A DNA stretch of 64,000 nucleotides from Octopus vulgaris (taxonomy: Eukaryota), in assembly GCA_951406725.2 (NCBI GenBank), contig OX597818.1, positions 14,880,001 to 14,944,000 on the forward strand, written 5' to 3'. Every line of letters begins with the position of its first letter. Position 1 is the stretch's first letter. The notes under the pieces are model-generated. The model was not told where the DNA came from. It made no database searches and was given only the letters and a program-made list of their open reading frames with translations. Both the position numbers and the translations under genes were made by a program. This document shows positions 51,678 to 62,010 of the stretch, one piece after another.

Positions 51678-52044
51678 CAAAAAAGGGTGGGCTTCTTTCA
51701 ATTTCCATCTACCAAATCCTTTCATAAGGCTTTACTCAGCCTGAGGCTATAGTAAAAGACACTGGATCAAGGTGCCATGCAATGGGACTGAACTCAAACC
51801 CTTATGGGTGGGAAGCAAATTGCTTACCACACAACCAAACCTGCACCTATCTGTGTGAATTATATCTAAATATATAAAGACATAAAAAATATAGTCGTAC
51901 ATATGTTAAGGGGTGAAACAGCAGAGAGTGGGATCTAAAACATTAATTATAGGGAAAAAAATATGAGTGACATTACTGGACCTCGTTCTTGCTCATATGC
52001 ATACATGTGTGCGTATTACACATACTTTCACACAAATGAATATT

Positions 52045-52079
<35 letters not shown>

Positions 52080-52208
52080 TTATATATATATACACACACA
52101 TACATGTATGCACACGGGTATATATATCCATACACATACCTAAAGGCATATATATATATATATATACACATGAAACCTATATGTGCATAAGCTTGTTCAT
52201 ATATATAT

Positions 52209-52706
52209 ATCATCATCATCATCGTTTAACGTCCACTTTCTATGCTAGCATGGATTGGACGATTTGACTGAGGTCTGGCGAACCAGTTGGCTGCACCAGA
52301 CTCCAATCTGATCTGGCAGAGTTTCTACAGCTGGATGCCCTTGCTAACACCAACTACTCTGAGAGTGTAGTGGGTGCTTTTACATTCCACCGGCACGAGG
52401 GCCACTCAGACAGTACTGGCAACGGCCACACTCAAATGGTGCTTTTTATGTGCCCCCTGCACAGGAGCCAGTGCAATGGCATTGGCAATGACCTCGCTCG
52501 AATGTTTTTTCATGTGCCACCAGCACAAGTGCTAGTAAGGCGACGCAGGTAACAATCACACTCGAATGGGGTTTTTTACATGCCATCGGCACGGAGGCCA
52601 GCTTGTTGCTCTGGCAACGATCTTACTCATATGGTACTCTTAGCACTCCACTAGCACAGATACCAGTCATCGAATTTGATTTTGATTTTGATTTCACTTG
52701 CCTCAA
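52209..52706 (-). mobile_element. RTE-related non-autonomous element with about 5 tandem 5' modules
   Basis: Same family; longest copy. Confidence 0.85.
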
Positions 52707-52744
52707 CATATATATATATTCACATACACACACATATAGTCATA

Positions 52745-53806
52745 GACATGGCTGTTTAATAAGAGGCTTACTTCCCAACCCCATTGCACAGTGGTCAGTC
52801 CCACTGCATGGGACAAATGTCTTCTATAGCCTCAGGCTAACCAAAGCCTTGTGAGTGGATTTCTTAGATGGAAACTGAAAGAAGCCCATCCTATATATAT
52901 ATGTATATATATTGTGTAAAGGATCATGGGTAAGGCCAAAACAATGCGAAGTAAATGCAAGATAAATCATGAGAAAACAAATATGTGAATTAATGTAGAC
53001 TTACCTTGTATTTGATATTTTGGGGTTACGGCCCTATTTTCAAGAAATTGACAATTGTTGCCGATGTCCGTGTGTGTGGAGTGGACATGTGTAGGAAGAT
53101 GTTGCTACAGCTAGATTCCTGTAACACTTTTCTATTGTTGATGTTAGCTTTCTTTTGGTGTATGAGGATGGCCTCAGAGATTCCAAGGTTGCTCTTGTTC
53201 TGCTGTGTTGCCTTCATGTGCCCACTGAACTCATGGGTCTGGTATTTCCGTAGATGTTTCTTCATGGAAGTGTCTGCCTGCATGTGTTCCTTAATGTGTA
53301 CATGCAGTTTTCTTGTTGTGCTTCCTTTGTAGCATAAAGTGCCCAACAGAATAAGTACCAGGCATAAAAAAGAAAAAAAATACTGGGTTTCTTTCATTCA
53401 ACTAAAAATTCTTGAAGACGGTGCTCCAGAATGGTCGCAGTCTAATATTTGAAACAGATATAAGATAATGTGATCTTTTTTTATTCTTTTGCTTGTTTCA
53501 GTCATTTCTGACTGTGGCCATGCTAGAGCACCACGTTAAAGGGTGGTAGTTGAAAAACTTGACCCCTGTACTTATTCTATCAATCTCTTTTGCTGAACCA
53601 CTAATTCACAGGTGACCTTAACACACCAGTGTCGGTTGTCAAGCATATATATATGATGGACTTCTTCCAGTTTCTGTCTACCAAATCCACTCACAAGGCT
53701 TTGCTCGACCTGAGGCTATTGTAGAAGACACTTGCCCAAGGTGACGCACAGTGGGACTGAACCTGGAACCATGTGTTTGGGAAACAAGCATCTTACCACA
53801 CAGCCT
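52745..53806. mobile_element. OR1-like SINEs: + copy 52745-53465 split by PLE, and - copy 53483-53806
   Basis: Same family, tail-to-tail. Confidence 0.8.
52912..53335 (-). mobile_element. Penelope-like remnant (GIY-YIG C-half and 3' end)
   Basis: ORF 53026-53397 contains YKGSTTRKLHVHIKEH...ISEAILI..ANINNR, typical of the PLE GIY-YIG C-terminal half; sits inside a CORE-SINE. Confidence 0.75.
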
Positions 53807-54529
53807 GTGTGTGTATATATATCATCATGATCATTATCATGCAATGTCCATTTTCCATGCTGGCATGTGTTGGACAATTTGACTAGAGCTTGTAAAGCCA
53901 GGGATCACACAAGACTCCATTGTTTGTTCAGACATGGTTTCTATGGCTGGATGCCTTTCTTTATAGTGTGTACTGGGTGCTACTGATGTGTCACCAGCAT
54001 GAGTGCTTTTTATGTGGAACCAGCACTAGTATTAGTTCTGCTGTGGTGGACAAGGTCTTCTTGAGTACAGAAATTCATCAGATATCTTGGTCCTTAGTCA
54101 TCTCTTTCATAAGGCCTTCTACACTTAGTCCCATGTGATACATAAACTGCAGGTAAATATTAAGTATCATAAAGGTCAATATATAATATAATTACAGGAA
54201 TCTTGATTTTGGGGATTAACACCATACATTTACATGTGTTGCACAACTGCTACTAGAGTAGATAATCTGTTATTATCCTGTATATTGCTAATAAGATTGT
54301 ATGAATAGGTTGATAGCCCAACTGAACTGTATTCCATATCATCAAGCAATTTCCAAGCAAAGCTTCTTTACACTTTCAAATCCCTCTCTGAGCCCCTCAT
54401 AAATGATCCACTTAACTACATGTTCTTTATGCAAAAGGCATTCCTGGAAATTTTTTTCTGTCATCCAACTATTCGATTTTTGTGATTTGATACTTTGTTT
54501 TACCTCATATAACAGTTACTTAAAAATAT

Positions 54530-54547
54530 TTTAAAATTATATTTCAG
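54530..54547 (+). other. 3' splice acceptor of the LRR coding exon (implies upstream 5'UTR exon(s))
   Basis: AT-rich tract ending TTTCAG|G immediately before the open frame. Confidence 0.65.
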
Positions 54548-54562
54548 GTGAAATGGAAGAAG

Positions 54563-56329
54563 ATGATGAAGGTATTGCTGTGGATTCCTGACACAGTGGT
54601 CATTGTCCTACTGTTTATTTTGTTTCCATGTAACAACCACACACAGGCAACTACTTGTCCATTGTTGTGTGAGTGCTTGCAGGATTACTATGTCTATTGC
54701 GATGATCAAGGTATTACACCTGATATGTTAAAGAGAATGGCAGAAAAAATTCCCAGACAAGCCCGATATATTGATCTTAGCCAGAATAAACTCAACACTG
54801 TACCAACTGAGATTTTTGAGCACTTTTCTAAGGTTCATCACCTGAACTTGGCTGTTAACCAAATTAAGGAATTAACTCCTGGCTTATTCAGTAATCTGAC
54901 CAGTTTGATCAAATTAAACTTACAAGCAAACCTGTTGTCACAACTGAAATCTAATTTACTAAGTGGGCTTTCTGAACTTGAAGAACTGCATTTGGAATGT
55001 AACTATATTGAAACAATCGGTAATGATTCCTTTTCTGGTCTTCTCAATCTGAAAAGATTATACCTTTTCAAAAACAATGTTGGAATGATTTACCAAAACA
55101 GCTTTCGAGGTTTGCAGTCTCTCCATATACTGGATGCTTCTAACAATGCAATATTTCAGATTTCTGATTATAGCTTTCTTGATTTGAGGCATCTTACTAC
55201 TTTACAACTTAACAGTAATCAAATTGATTCAATTGCCATGTTCACATTTGCTGGCCTTGATAAACTTGAAGAGTTGTTCTTGGATGGAAATCGAATTTCA
55301 GAATTAAAACCAGAGTCTTTATCAACATTTGGAAAAAGCTTGAGAATTCTTTCTTTGAATGATAATGAAATATTTTTAATCAAACCCAATACATTTACCA
55401 AATTGCCCAAACTACGGAAACTATTTTTGAACACTAATTTATTATCAGAATTTCAACTTGAAACATTTAAGGGAGTTGACAATTTGAGAGAAATTCACAT
55501 ACGCAAGAATAAATTTGAATATCTCCCTAAAAATATATTAATGGGTGCCAACCATATATATTATGCAGATTTTAGTGACAATCTTATTTCATCCATAAAC
55601 ACTGATGCATTTGCCAATTTCCGTGAAAGTGTTCGTTACTTGTTTTTGCAAAATAATCGCTTAAAAGAGCTGCATGCTGGCATGTTTCGTCGTATGGTTT
55701 ATCTTCGAGAACTTAATGTCTCGGAGAATAGAATATCTGTGATTAAAGAGAATGTGTTTCAGACATTACGCAATCTGCGAATTTTGAATTTGTCAGGAAA
55801 TAAACTGACACACATCACACCAAGTGATTTGATAGGTGCAAAATCTCTGGAGAAACTATATCTCCATTCTAATCCTTTAGAGAGTTTTCATGGATTTAGA
55901 TTTAGTAATCAGGAAAGTTTTACATTTGTCACAATGAATTTAACTCTTTCAGACATTTCACCTTTTTCTATGACTATCAGCTGGCCCTTCAAAGGTGGGA
56001 CACAGATCTATTGGACAATGACAGGGATTTGTTTAAACAGATCTTCATCCTGTGCATTTCGAGAACAATCCACCTATTTTCCTGCATTTAAAACTTCAAT
56101 ATACATTGACAAACTTCAGCCATCATCTCTGTATTATGTTTGTGTTAACCCTGTTTTCTTGTCATCTCATGCACAAGTCGTACAATGCCTTCATGTACGA
56201 ACTCCCATCAATTCATATAAGCCCTTTGTCCAAACAACGGCAGCACAAGTTGTCAATTATAGTCCTACTCGCATTACACTCAGTCTTGTGACTTATTTAC
56301 TCATCATTTTTATTATTTATTCTTCATAA
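54563..56329 (+). CDS. Secreted/cell-surface leucine-rich-repeat protein: signal peptide, LRRNT, 16 LRRs, FN3-like domain, hydrophobic C-terminal tail (GPI-signal-like); 588 aa, single coding exon
   Basis: Only long ORF. The track start at 54548 is a GTG right after a splice acceptor (atttcag|); first in-frame ATG is 54563. Hydrophobic N-terminus ending HTQA|TTCP, LRRNT CPLLCEC..VYC, 16 LxxLxLxxNxL repeats, FN3-like SMTISW...LQPSSLYYVCV...CLHVRT, tail LSLVTYLLIIFIIYSS*. Confidence 0.95.
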   Translation: MMKVLLWIPDTVVIVLLFILFPCNNHTQATTCPLLCECLQDYYVYCDDQGITPDMLKRMAEKIPRQARYIDLSQNKLNTVPTEIFEHFSKVHHLNLAVNQIKELTPGLFSNLTSLIKLNLQANLLSQLKSNLLSGLSELEELHLECNYIETIGNDSFSGLLNLKRLYLFKNNVGMIYQNSFRGLQSLHILDASNNAIFQISDYSFLDLRHLTTLQLNSNQIDSIAMFTFAGLDKLEELFLDGNRISELKPESLSTFGKSLRILSLNDNEIFLIKPNTFTKLPKLRKLFLNTNLLSEFQLETFKGVDNLREIHIRKNKFEYLPKNILMGANHIYYADFSDNLISSINTDAFANFRESVRYLFLQNNRLKELHAGMFRRMVYLRELNVSENRISVIKENVFQTLRNLRILNLSGNKLTHITPSDLIGAKSLEKLYLHSNPLESFHGFRFSNQESFTFVTMNLTLSDISPFSMTISWPFKGGTQIYWTMTGICLNRSSSCAFREQSTYFPAFKTSIYIDKLQPSSLYYVCVNPVFLSSHAQVVQCLHVRTPINSYKPFVQTTAAQVVNYSPTRITLSLVTYLLIIFIIYSS

Positions 56330-56353
56330 ACATTTTCTTACAGAAACCAGAAA

Positions 56354-56359
56354 AATAAA
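56354..56359 (+). terminator. Candidate polyadenylation signal of LRR gene
   Basis: AATAAA about 25 nt after the TAA stop; common by chance in AT-rich DNA. Confidence 0.4.
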
Positions 56360-56373
56360 AATTGAAACTGATG

Positions 56374-56406
<33 letters not shown>

Positions 56407-56622
56407 GGTGGTGAGCTGGCAGAATCGTTAGCACGCCAGACAAAATGCTTAGCAGTATTTCATCTGTCTTCACGTTCTGAGTTCAAATGCTACCAGGGTA
56501 AACTTTCCCTTTCATCCTTTTGGATGTTGATAAATTAAGTACCAGTGAAACACTTGGGTTGATGTAATTGACTCATCCTCTCCCTCCCCAAAATTGCTGC
56601 CCTTGTGGCAAAATTTGAAACT
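56407..56622 (+). mobile_element. Nin/Deu-domain SINE just 3' of LRR CDS
   Basis: Same family, flanked by (ATT)n. Confidence 0.85.
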
Positions 56623-56709
56623 ATTATTATTATTAAAGTGGTAAGCTTGGCAGACTTGTTAGCAAACTGGATAAAATGCTGAAGGGTATCTTGTCTGTCT
56701 TATCTCTTT

Positions 56710-57300
56710 CGCTGCATTGGGAGAAATTGACATGGTTCACCACACCATTGCAAACAAAACCGTTCGAGCATGTATCTAGCTCCCTTTCCAACTTACTTAT
56801 CTCATCTCCACCCCCTCCAACATACCAATTTACTTGCTCTTTGCCGAATCCTATCTGACCCCTTTACCTCCCACATCTTCCTTAATCCATCCTCCTTTCC
56901 TTCAAACTTGTCCGTAATTTTCGTGACTAACTGCTCCGTAGCTTCTTCCCCGCTCCTGACAATCATCCTAGCGCCTTCCCCTACTCTCGCTCACGCTGCC
57001 ACACCTGTCGCTTTCTTTCCAACACCACTATCCTTGCTGACACCCACCACTGCCCCTACCTCCCTACCTATAGTTCCAGCAATTTGATTTACTGCGTTCT
57101 CTGTCACTCCTTCTACATTGGTCAAACTGGCCGGCACATAGCTAACCAGCTTCTTGGAAATTTCCGGGACATCAGATTCGGAAATGATGCCTCGGGCTCG
57201 CACCATTTCTGCTTGACTGGTCATTTGCTGCAACATTCGTCTGTGTTCGAACTACCGTCACGAACGGGAATAATTTTTCTCGTTCCATTCCTCAGTCGTT
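56710..57300 (+). mobile_element. Penelope-like retroelement remnant (RT linker + GIY-YIG endonuclease)
   Basis: Frameshifted translation ILSDPFTSHIF, PSFKLVRNFRD*LLRS, CCHTC, NLIYCVLCHSFYIGQTGRHIANQL..HHF = PLE linker/Cys motif and GIY-YIG. Confidence 0.8.
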
Positions 57301-57876
57301 CATGGTCACAATTCTTCCACTGTCTTTTCTCCTCTATCTCTACATTGTTTGACTCATTTTGCCCTTACTGCATATACCACGCCCATATACAAGCACACAC
57401 TCTCTTTCCCACTCCACATATACCAGTGCCTACACTTCCACTTCCTTCCGTACACTGACAGTAGCAAGTATATAATCACCTCCAAACACCTTCCTTTGTC
57501 ACTCCTGTTCCACCTGACATTTCCATCCAGGTCGACTCACCTCCATCCTCCTACAACATACACATAGCTCACATGCACATGTAAGGGCCATTACACATAT
57601 ATATATACACACAAACACAGAATATACACACACATTTACTTCATACATACACTTTATTCAACAGCCCCATGTACACACACCAAGGACTTCTTTCGTTTCC
57701 TTTCAACCTCTTGACGATATTTCATTTCTCAATGGATTGTTTTCAAATTTTCAATACAAATGTAGTTTTGCATGCTCTTCGTGAATATTGTATTGATGTT
57801 TTTTTTTAAATTAATAATTATCAAGGTAAAAGCATTTAAAATTATGCATTTTTTAGCCGATGAAATGAGGCCATAA

Positions 57877-57918
57877 GCGGAAGTCGAAACTGTTTGCTGC
57901 CATAGTTGCCATGGCAAC
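57877..57918. promoter_or_regulatory. Candidate promoter: ETS-type GCGGAAGT (57877-57884) plus perfect RFX X-box GTTGCCATGGCAAC (57905-57918)
   Basis: Exact 14-bp palindromic X-box consensus 20 bp from an ETS core, in non-repetitive CpG-containing sequence. Confidence 0.6.
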
Positions 57919-58249
57919 AAACAGACTACCGACGAAGAAAGGGAACTGAAAATTCAATAAGCTTGTTTTAAAAAAGAATTTAATGAAAGCAGACTGACAA
58001 AAAGGGAGTAATTTATTTAAAGACTTTAATGAAAGAAAACAAAACAAACAAAAAGTTTTTTTTTTTTAATAAATTGAAAGAAAACGATGATGAAATAGAT
58101 TCGACCTGCCGCTAGAAATAACAGCCGAAATGAAACGAAAACATGGACTTTAATAGAAGAAAACAATGTAACGAAATGTTATGAAATAAGCGAAATTGAT
58201 CGAATATGCACGGCAGTATCTTTTGAACCGAATCATGTTTCTCATACCT

Positions 58250-58930
58250 GCGGCGCTACATAAGCTCGTAGAGATACGTGTCTAGTGTAGAACGATGAGT
58301 GCCCCAGCACCGTTTATACCCACGCTTAAGACTGGCCCCAGGTACTTTCTATTTGTTGAGTATGAGTCCTGTCCTGAGAGTTTATAAACTCAACGCTGTG
58401 GCTCACTGTTCTATGACGAAATTGGTAACCTGGTATCTCAGGAATATGCGAGTATCCACGCCACAGGTCACTGTAAATAGTTGTTCCACGCAGAATTGAT
58501 CCACGAATGCATTCTTCGAGTGTATTTCGATCTCAAGAAGATACGACGGAAAAAATCATCTGCGCAGACTTCTGATAAAAAGTTTTTCAATCTGCCAATG
58601 TCAACTCTTTGATTCAGCAGTAGATAAATAAAATCTCACTTCTAAGTGGAAAAGTTCTCCTTTCCAACCACGTGTCTTTTCTAACAGAGGCAGACTCTCG
58701 GCATTGTGTCCTACAACATTTCCAATATTTGCAACCATAGAATTAATCAACGTAGCAGAATTGCCATAACAATAAACAGTCTTGACTTCAGCTGTGACTA
58801 CAGTGGTTTAAAATTCATTGGCTAAAAATATGTAACTTTAAATGCTTTCCCAGGTTACTGTTGTCTTCCCTGCCCTCCAATTCTCCAGCCAATTCCTTCT
58901 TTCCAGTTAGTCCAACATGTAGTAACCATT
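58250..58930 (-). mobile_element. Merlin (ISXO2/IS1595-like DDE) transposase remnant
   Basis: Minus strand: CCRTQCRESASVRKDTWLE..ILFIYC..NFLSEVCA and TLEECIRGSILRGTTIYSDLWRGY..HRTVSHSVEF..THTQQIESTWG; stops/frameshifts; TIRs not found. Confidence 0.85.
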
Positions 58931-59082
58931 AATTCAAACACGTTTTTCCCCCGCTCCATTTATTCTCTCGCCACCTGTTTACTCTCATTCCTATTTTTCC
59001 TGAGTGTTAACCCAACACGCCCTCATTGTTGTTCTTTAACATGTTTGTGTTTTTCGTATATTTGCGTCTCTATGTGTATGTA

Positions 59083-59120
<38 letters not shown>

Positions 59121-60189
59121 GTGTGTGTGTGTGTATAATGTATATCTTTGTATGTATTTATGTATGAATGTAGAGAAAGATAGTTTAAAGATCCAACAGA
59201 GGTAGAATTAACAAAAAAAGTACTCCATACTGTGAGAGATAAATATAAAGTATCATAAAAGCATGAAACTATTACTAGCTATTTCGGTTGTGTATTCAAA
59301 TTATTATATGAGTGTGTGTTTGTGCTTGTCCCCGCGCCACCGCTTGACGACCGGAGGTGGTTTATGAAAGTCCTCGGAACTTAGCAGGCTGGCGAAAAGA
59401 GACTGCAGAATAAGTACTCGGTTTGATTTGTTCGACTATAACTCTTTAAAGCAGTGCCCCCCCCTCTCCATGGCCGCAGTCCAACCACTGAAACAAGTAA
59501 AAAGTAAACGATTTAAAGTATATAACCAAAAGTGCTGAGATTGAAAATCATTGGAAAGTATTAACAAATTACTATTTTCAAAGAAGCTGACGAATGTCTA
59601 TTAATATAATGACAAGATGGACACGAGATTTTCCTGACTATGTTAACATTAAAACATTCAGTATTTATGTTATTTTACATTAACAAATTGATATTGAAAG
59701 TTGTTTTCAGAGATTTTATTTTTAGTACAATAATTAAAAACAACTTTTACAGCATGTTTCTGAAATCAATGAAATTTACTGTTAATTTTGGCTTTATACC
59801 ACTCTATAAGTCTACACAGACGTGTGCATGCAATATAGTATTTATATTAATAGTTTCGAACAAGCAAACGCATACATAAATACACACAGACATATTTATA
59901 TGTATAAGTATGTATGCATGTGTAGAATATGTCAGTTTCTTTAGATCATTTGTGTGAATTTAGAAAAAAAATGCACTGTTCATCAAATAAAAGTTGTATT
60001 TGAAAACAAATTGGTACGATTAATCTTGAGAATCACACCTATTCATTGAATTCACCGTTAGCATCATCAATGGTTGCTTCAAAATAGATTTGAAAGCGTT
60101 GACATATTCGAATCAGATGTATTTTATCAATTTGATTATGGCGGACTTGAGTATTGTATCGTGTTATAGGATTGTTGTTTGACCTCTTT

Positions 60190-61035
60190 CTCGAATACTA
60201 GACTTGGTAGTAGTCTACTGGATTGAGGTCTTGTGTGCTAGGAAGTTATGTATCAGGAGATTAGCACGCAGCTTCACTTAGGTTATTCTAGCCTTATGAG
60301 ACGGCGCAGTCCTGTATTGTAAGACGTACGGTCTTCTGTTGCATACTCCGTCTATCCAGAGCTTCACATCTTTCTCCAACACCTCTGTGTAGACAGTGGA
60401 ATTGAATCTTAAGCCCTGTGAAAAAGGTGAGGAGGCATGGCATCTCCCTCGTGACTGACAACTCCCAGGACCATCAGAATTGCTGGGAACTTACTATGCA
60501 TAATCATCGGAATTTCAATCAGGTCTCCGCATAACTATCTGTCTATATTCGGCTTACCTTTCGTTCTTGATCTAAGTTTTTCACACCGGGAAAAAACCAA
60601 AGCATTCCAGGCTCTTGGTGTTAGCAAACGCTTTGTACGGCTCAAACGATTCCCTCTCGTCACATCCGACATAAGCTGACATCTCTGCATTACATACAAC
60701 TTACACCGGATGTCGTCATGCAAAACGCTCCTGGTGGTGGATTCTGGAAACTTGAGGTCATTTGAAGTGGCACTGATTGACTTTCTGGTGTTTTTATCGA
60801 TTATTTCATGTTTTTTTTTGTACAAAGTCAGTTGTTCTGATGGTATTAGGACCCTGTGCATGCGTTTTGTGTTTAGCTGTTGATGTTAGATCCTCATCAA
60901 CAGCCCCCAATTCCTTTCGAATTTTGATACAAATTATCAGGCAACTTTCAGGAAATGAGTTATCTACGTGTCACTAAGTTGCATTTATAAGGCTACGATT
61001 TCAGCGTGCCTTATCATTTGCTGAGTCAACCCAAT
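60190..61035 (-). mobile_element. maT (DD37D-type) Tc1/mariner remnant
   Basis: Minus strand MVLGVVSHEGDAMPPH, GLRFNSTVYTEVLE, RPYVLQ..APSHKA, PSTQDLNPVDYY; HTH region in ORF 60535-60861. Confidence 0.8.
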
Positions 61036-62010
61036 GTCTGACATTATTTATCTGAAAAGGTAAAATAAATGAGTTGGAAGAGCTCTTGAAAGAATGTCTT
61101 CAAAAACAAAAAAAAAGACTTACCCTCTATGTGTCTGTCTATCTATTTATAGTTGCCCAAGTATTCCTAGGCAAGAAAAAAAGTTAGCGCCTGTTTGTTT
61201 GTTAACAGAATGGGTATATTGATATTTATATTATACAGTATTACAGATCCATTTCAACCAATTTTACCAACCACGTTCTCACACGGACTACGTAATTAAA
61301 CGGCGCTCGTCACAGGGAATCTTCCTCTCTGAAGAGCGTAGTCTTATGTTATCACCTAATTACTTAATTCGTGTGCGAATCCGAATCTATCTATAATATT
61401 GCATAGTATAGATATGAATACGTATGTATGTACTATAAGCATACTCTAATGTACGCATACATATTCTCACACACACATACATCTCATACCTGCATACATA
61501 GTAGCATGTCAGTTTTGAAGATTTGATTCTCATCGTAATATCTTCTATTTGATACCGCGTGAGAAGCCTCTGCTTGGAAGCGAAGAAAATTTCAATAAAC
61601 CAAGAATCCCCGTATGGGATTTAATATACCTCTATTCGTTTTGTTCAAATGCATGCCATCTACCACCTTGGATTATTTCTCTTAGCTTATTTGTAATTTC
61701 TTTATGAAAATGTCATTGACTGTAAATATGCTGTGCTCGGTTTAATAAATGTCTAAGAATCTTGTTCTGCTGGAGATATGACAACTGCTATGCTGATAAC
61801 GCTTATTAAGGTAGAAATACATTTACACTACCGTCCCCCTGCTTTCAATCAGACTATCTTTTTTGAATGGCAGATCAATTCTGGAAGATTATTGACTTTT
61901 GATATTTACTTTTCTCGTTTGGAGTTTGTTCTTAATACTACCAAACAATATTTGTATTCCCACTTCGAAGCTGTGGTAATTTCAGTCAATTAATAATGTA
62001 TGTATGTATA

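Noticed and set aside
52372-52670. CRISPR-like repeat/spacer appearance (also 24609-24746, 10460-10585)
   Set aside because: Eukaryotic context, degenerate repeats, mutually similar spacers, no cas genes; part of a retroelement.
17-53000. Dozens of 60-120 aa ORFs (YIYIY, HTHTH, CVCV, SVSVYQIHSQGFG..VEDTCPRCHAV)
   Set aside because: Translations of microsatellites and the multi-copy SINE; their recurrence reflects repeats, not a gene family.
55219-56291. Short overlapping ORFs within the LRR CDS
   Set aside because: Alternative-frame or antisense shadows of the real coding exon.
57854-57900. Hammerhead-like CCGATGA...GAAACTGTT
   Set aside because: Stem II does not pair; overlaps the ETS/X-box motifs, which explain the sequence better.
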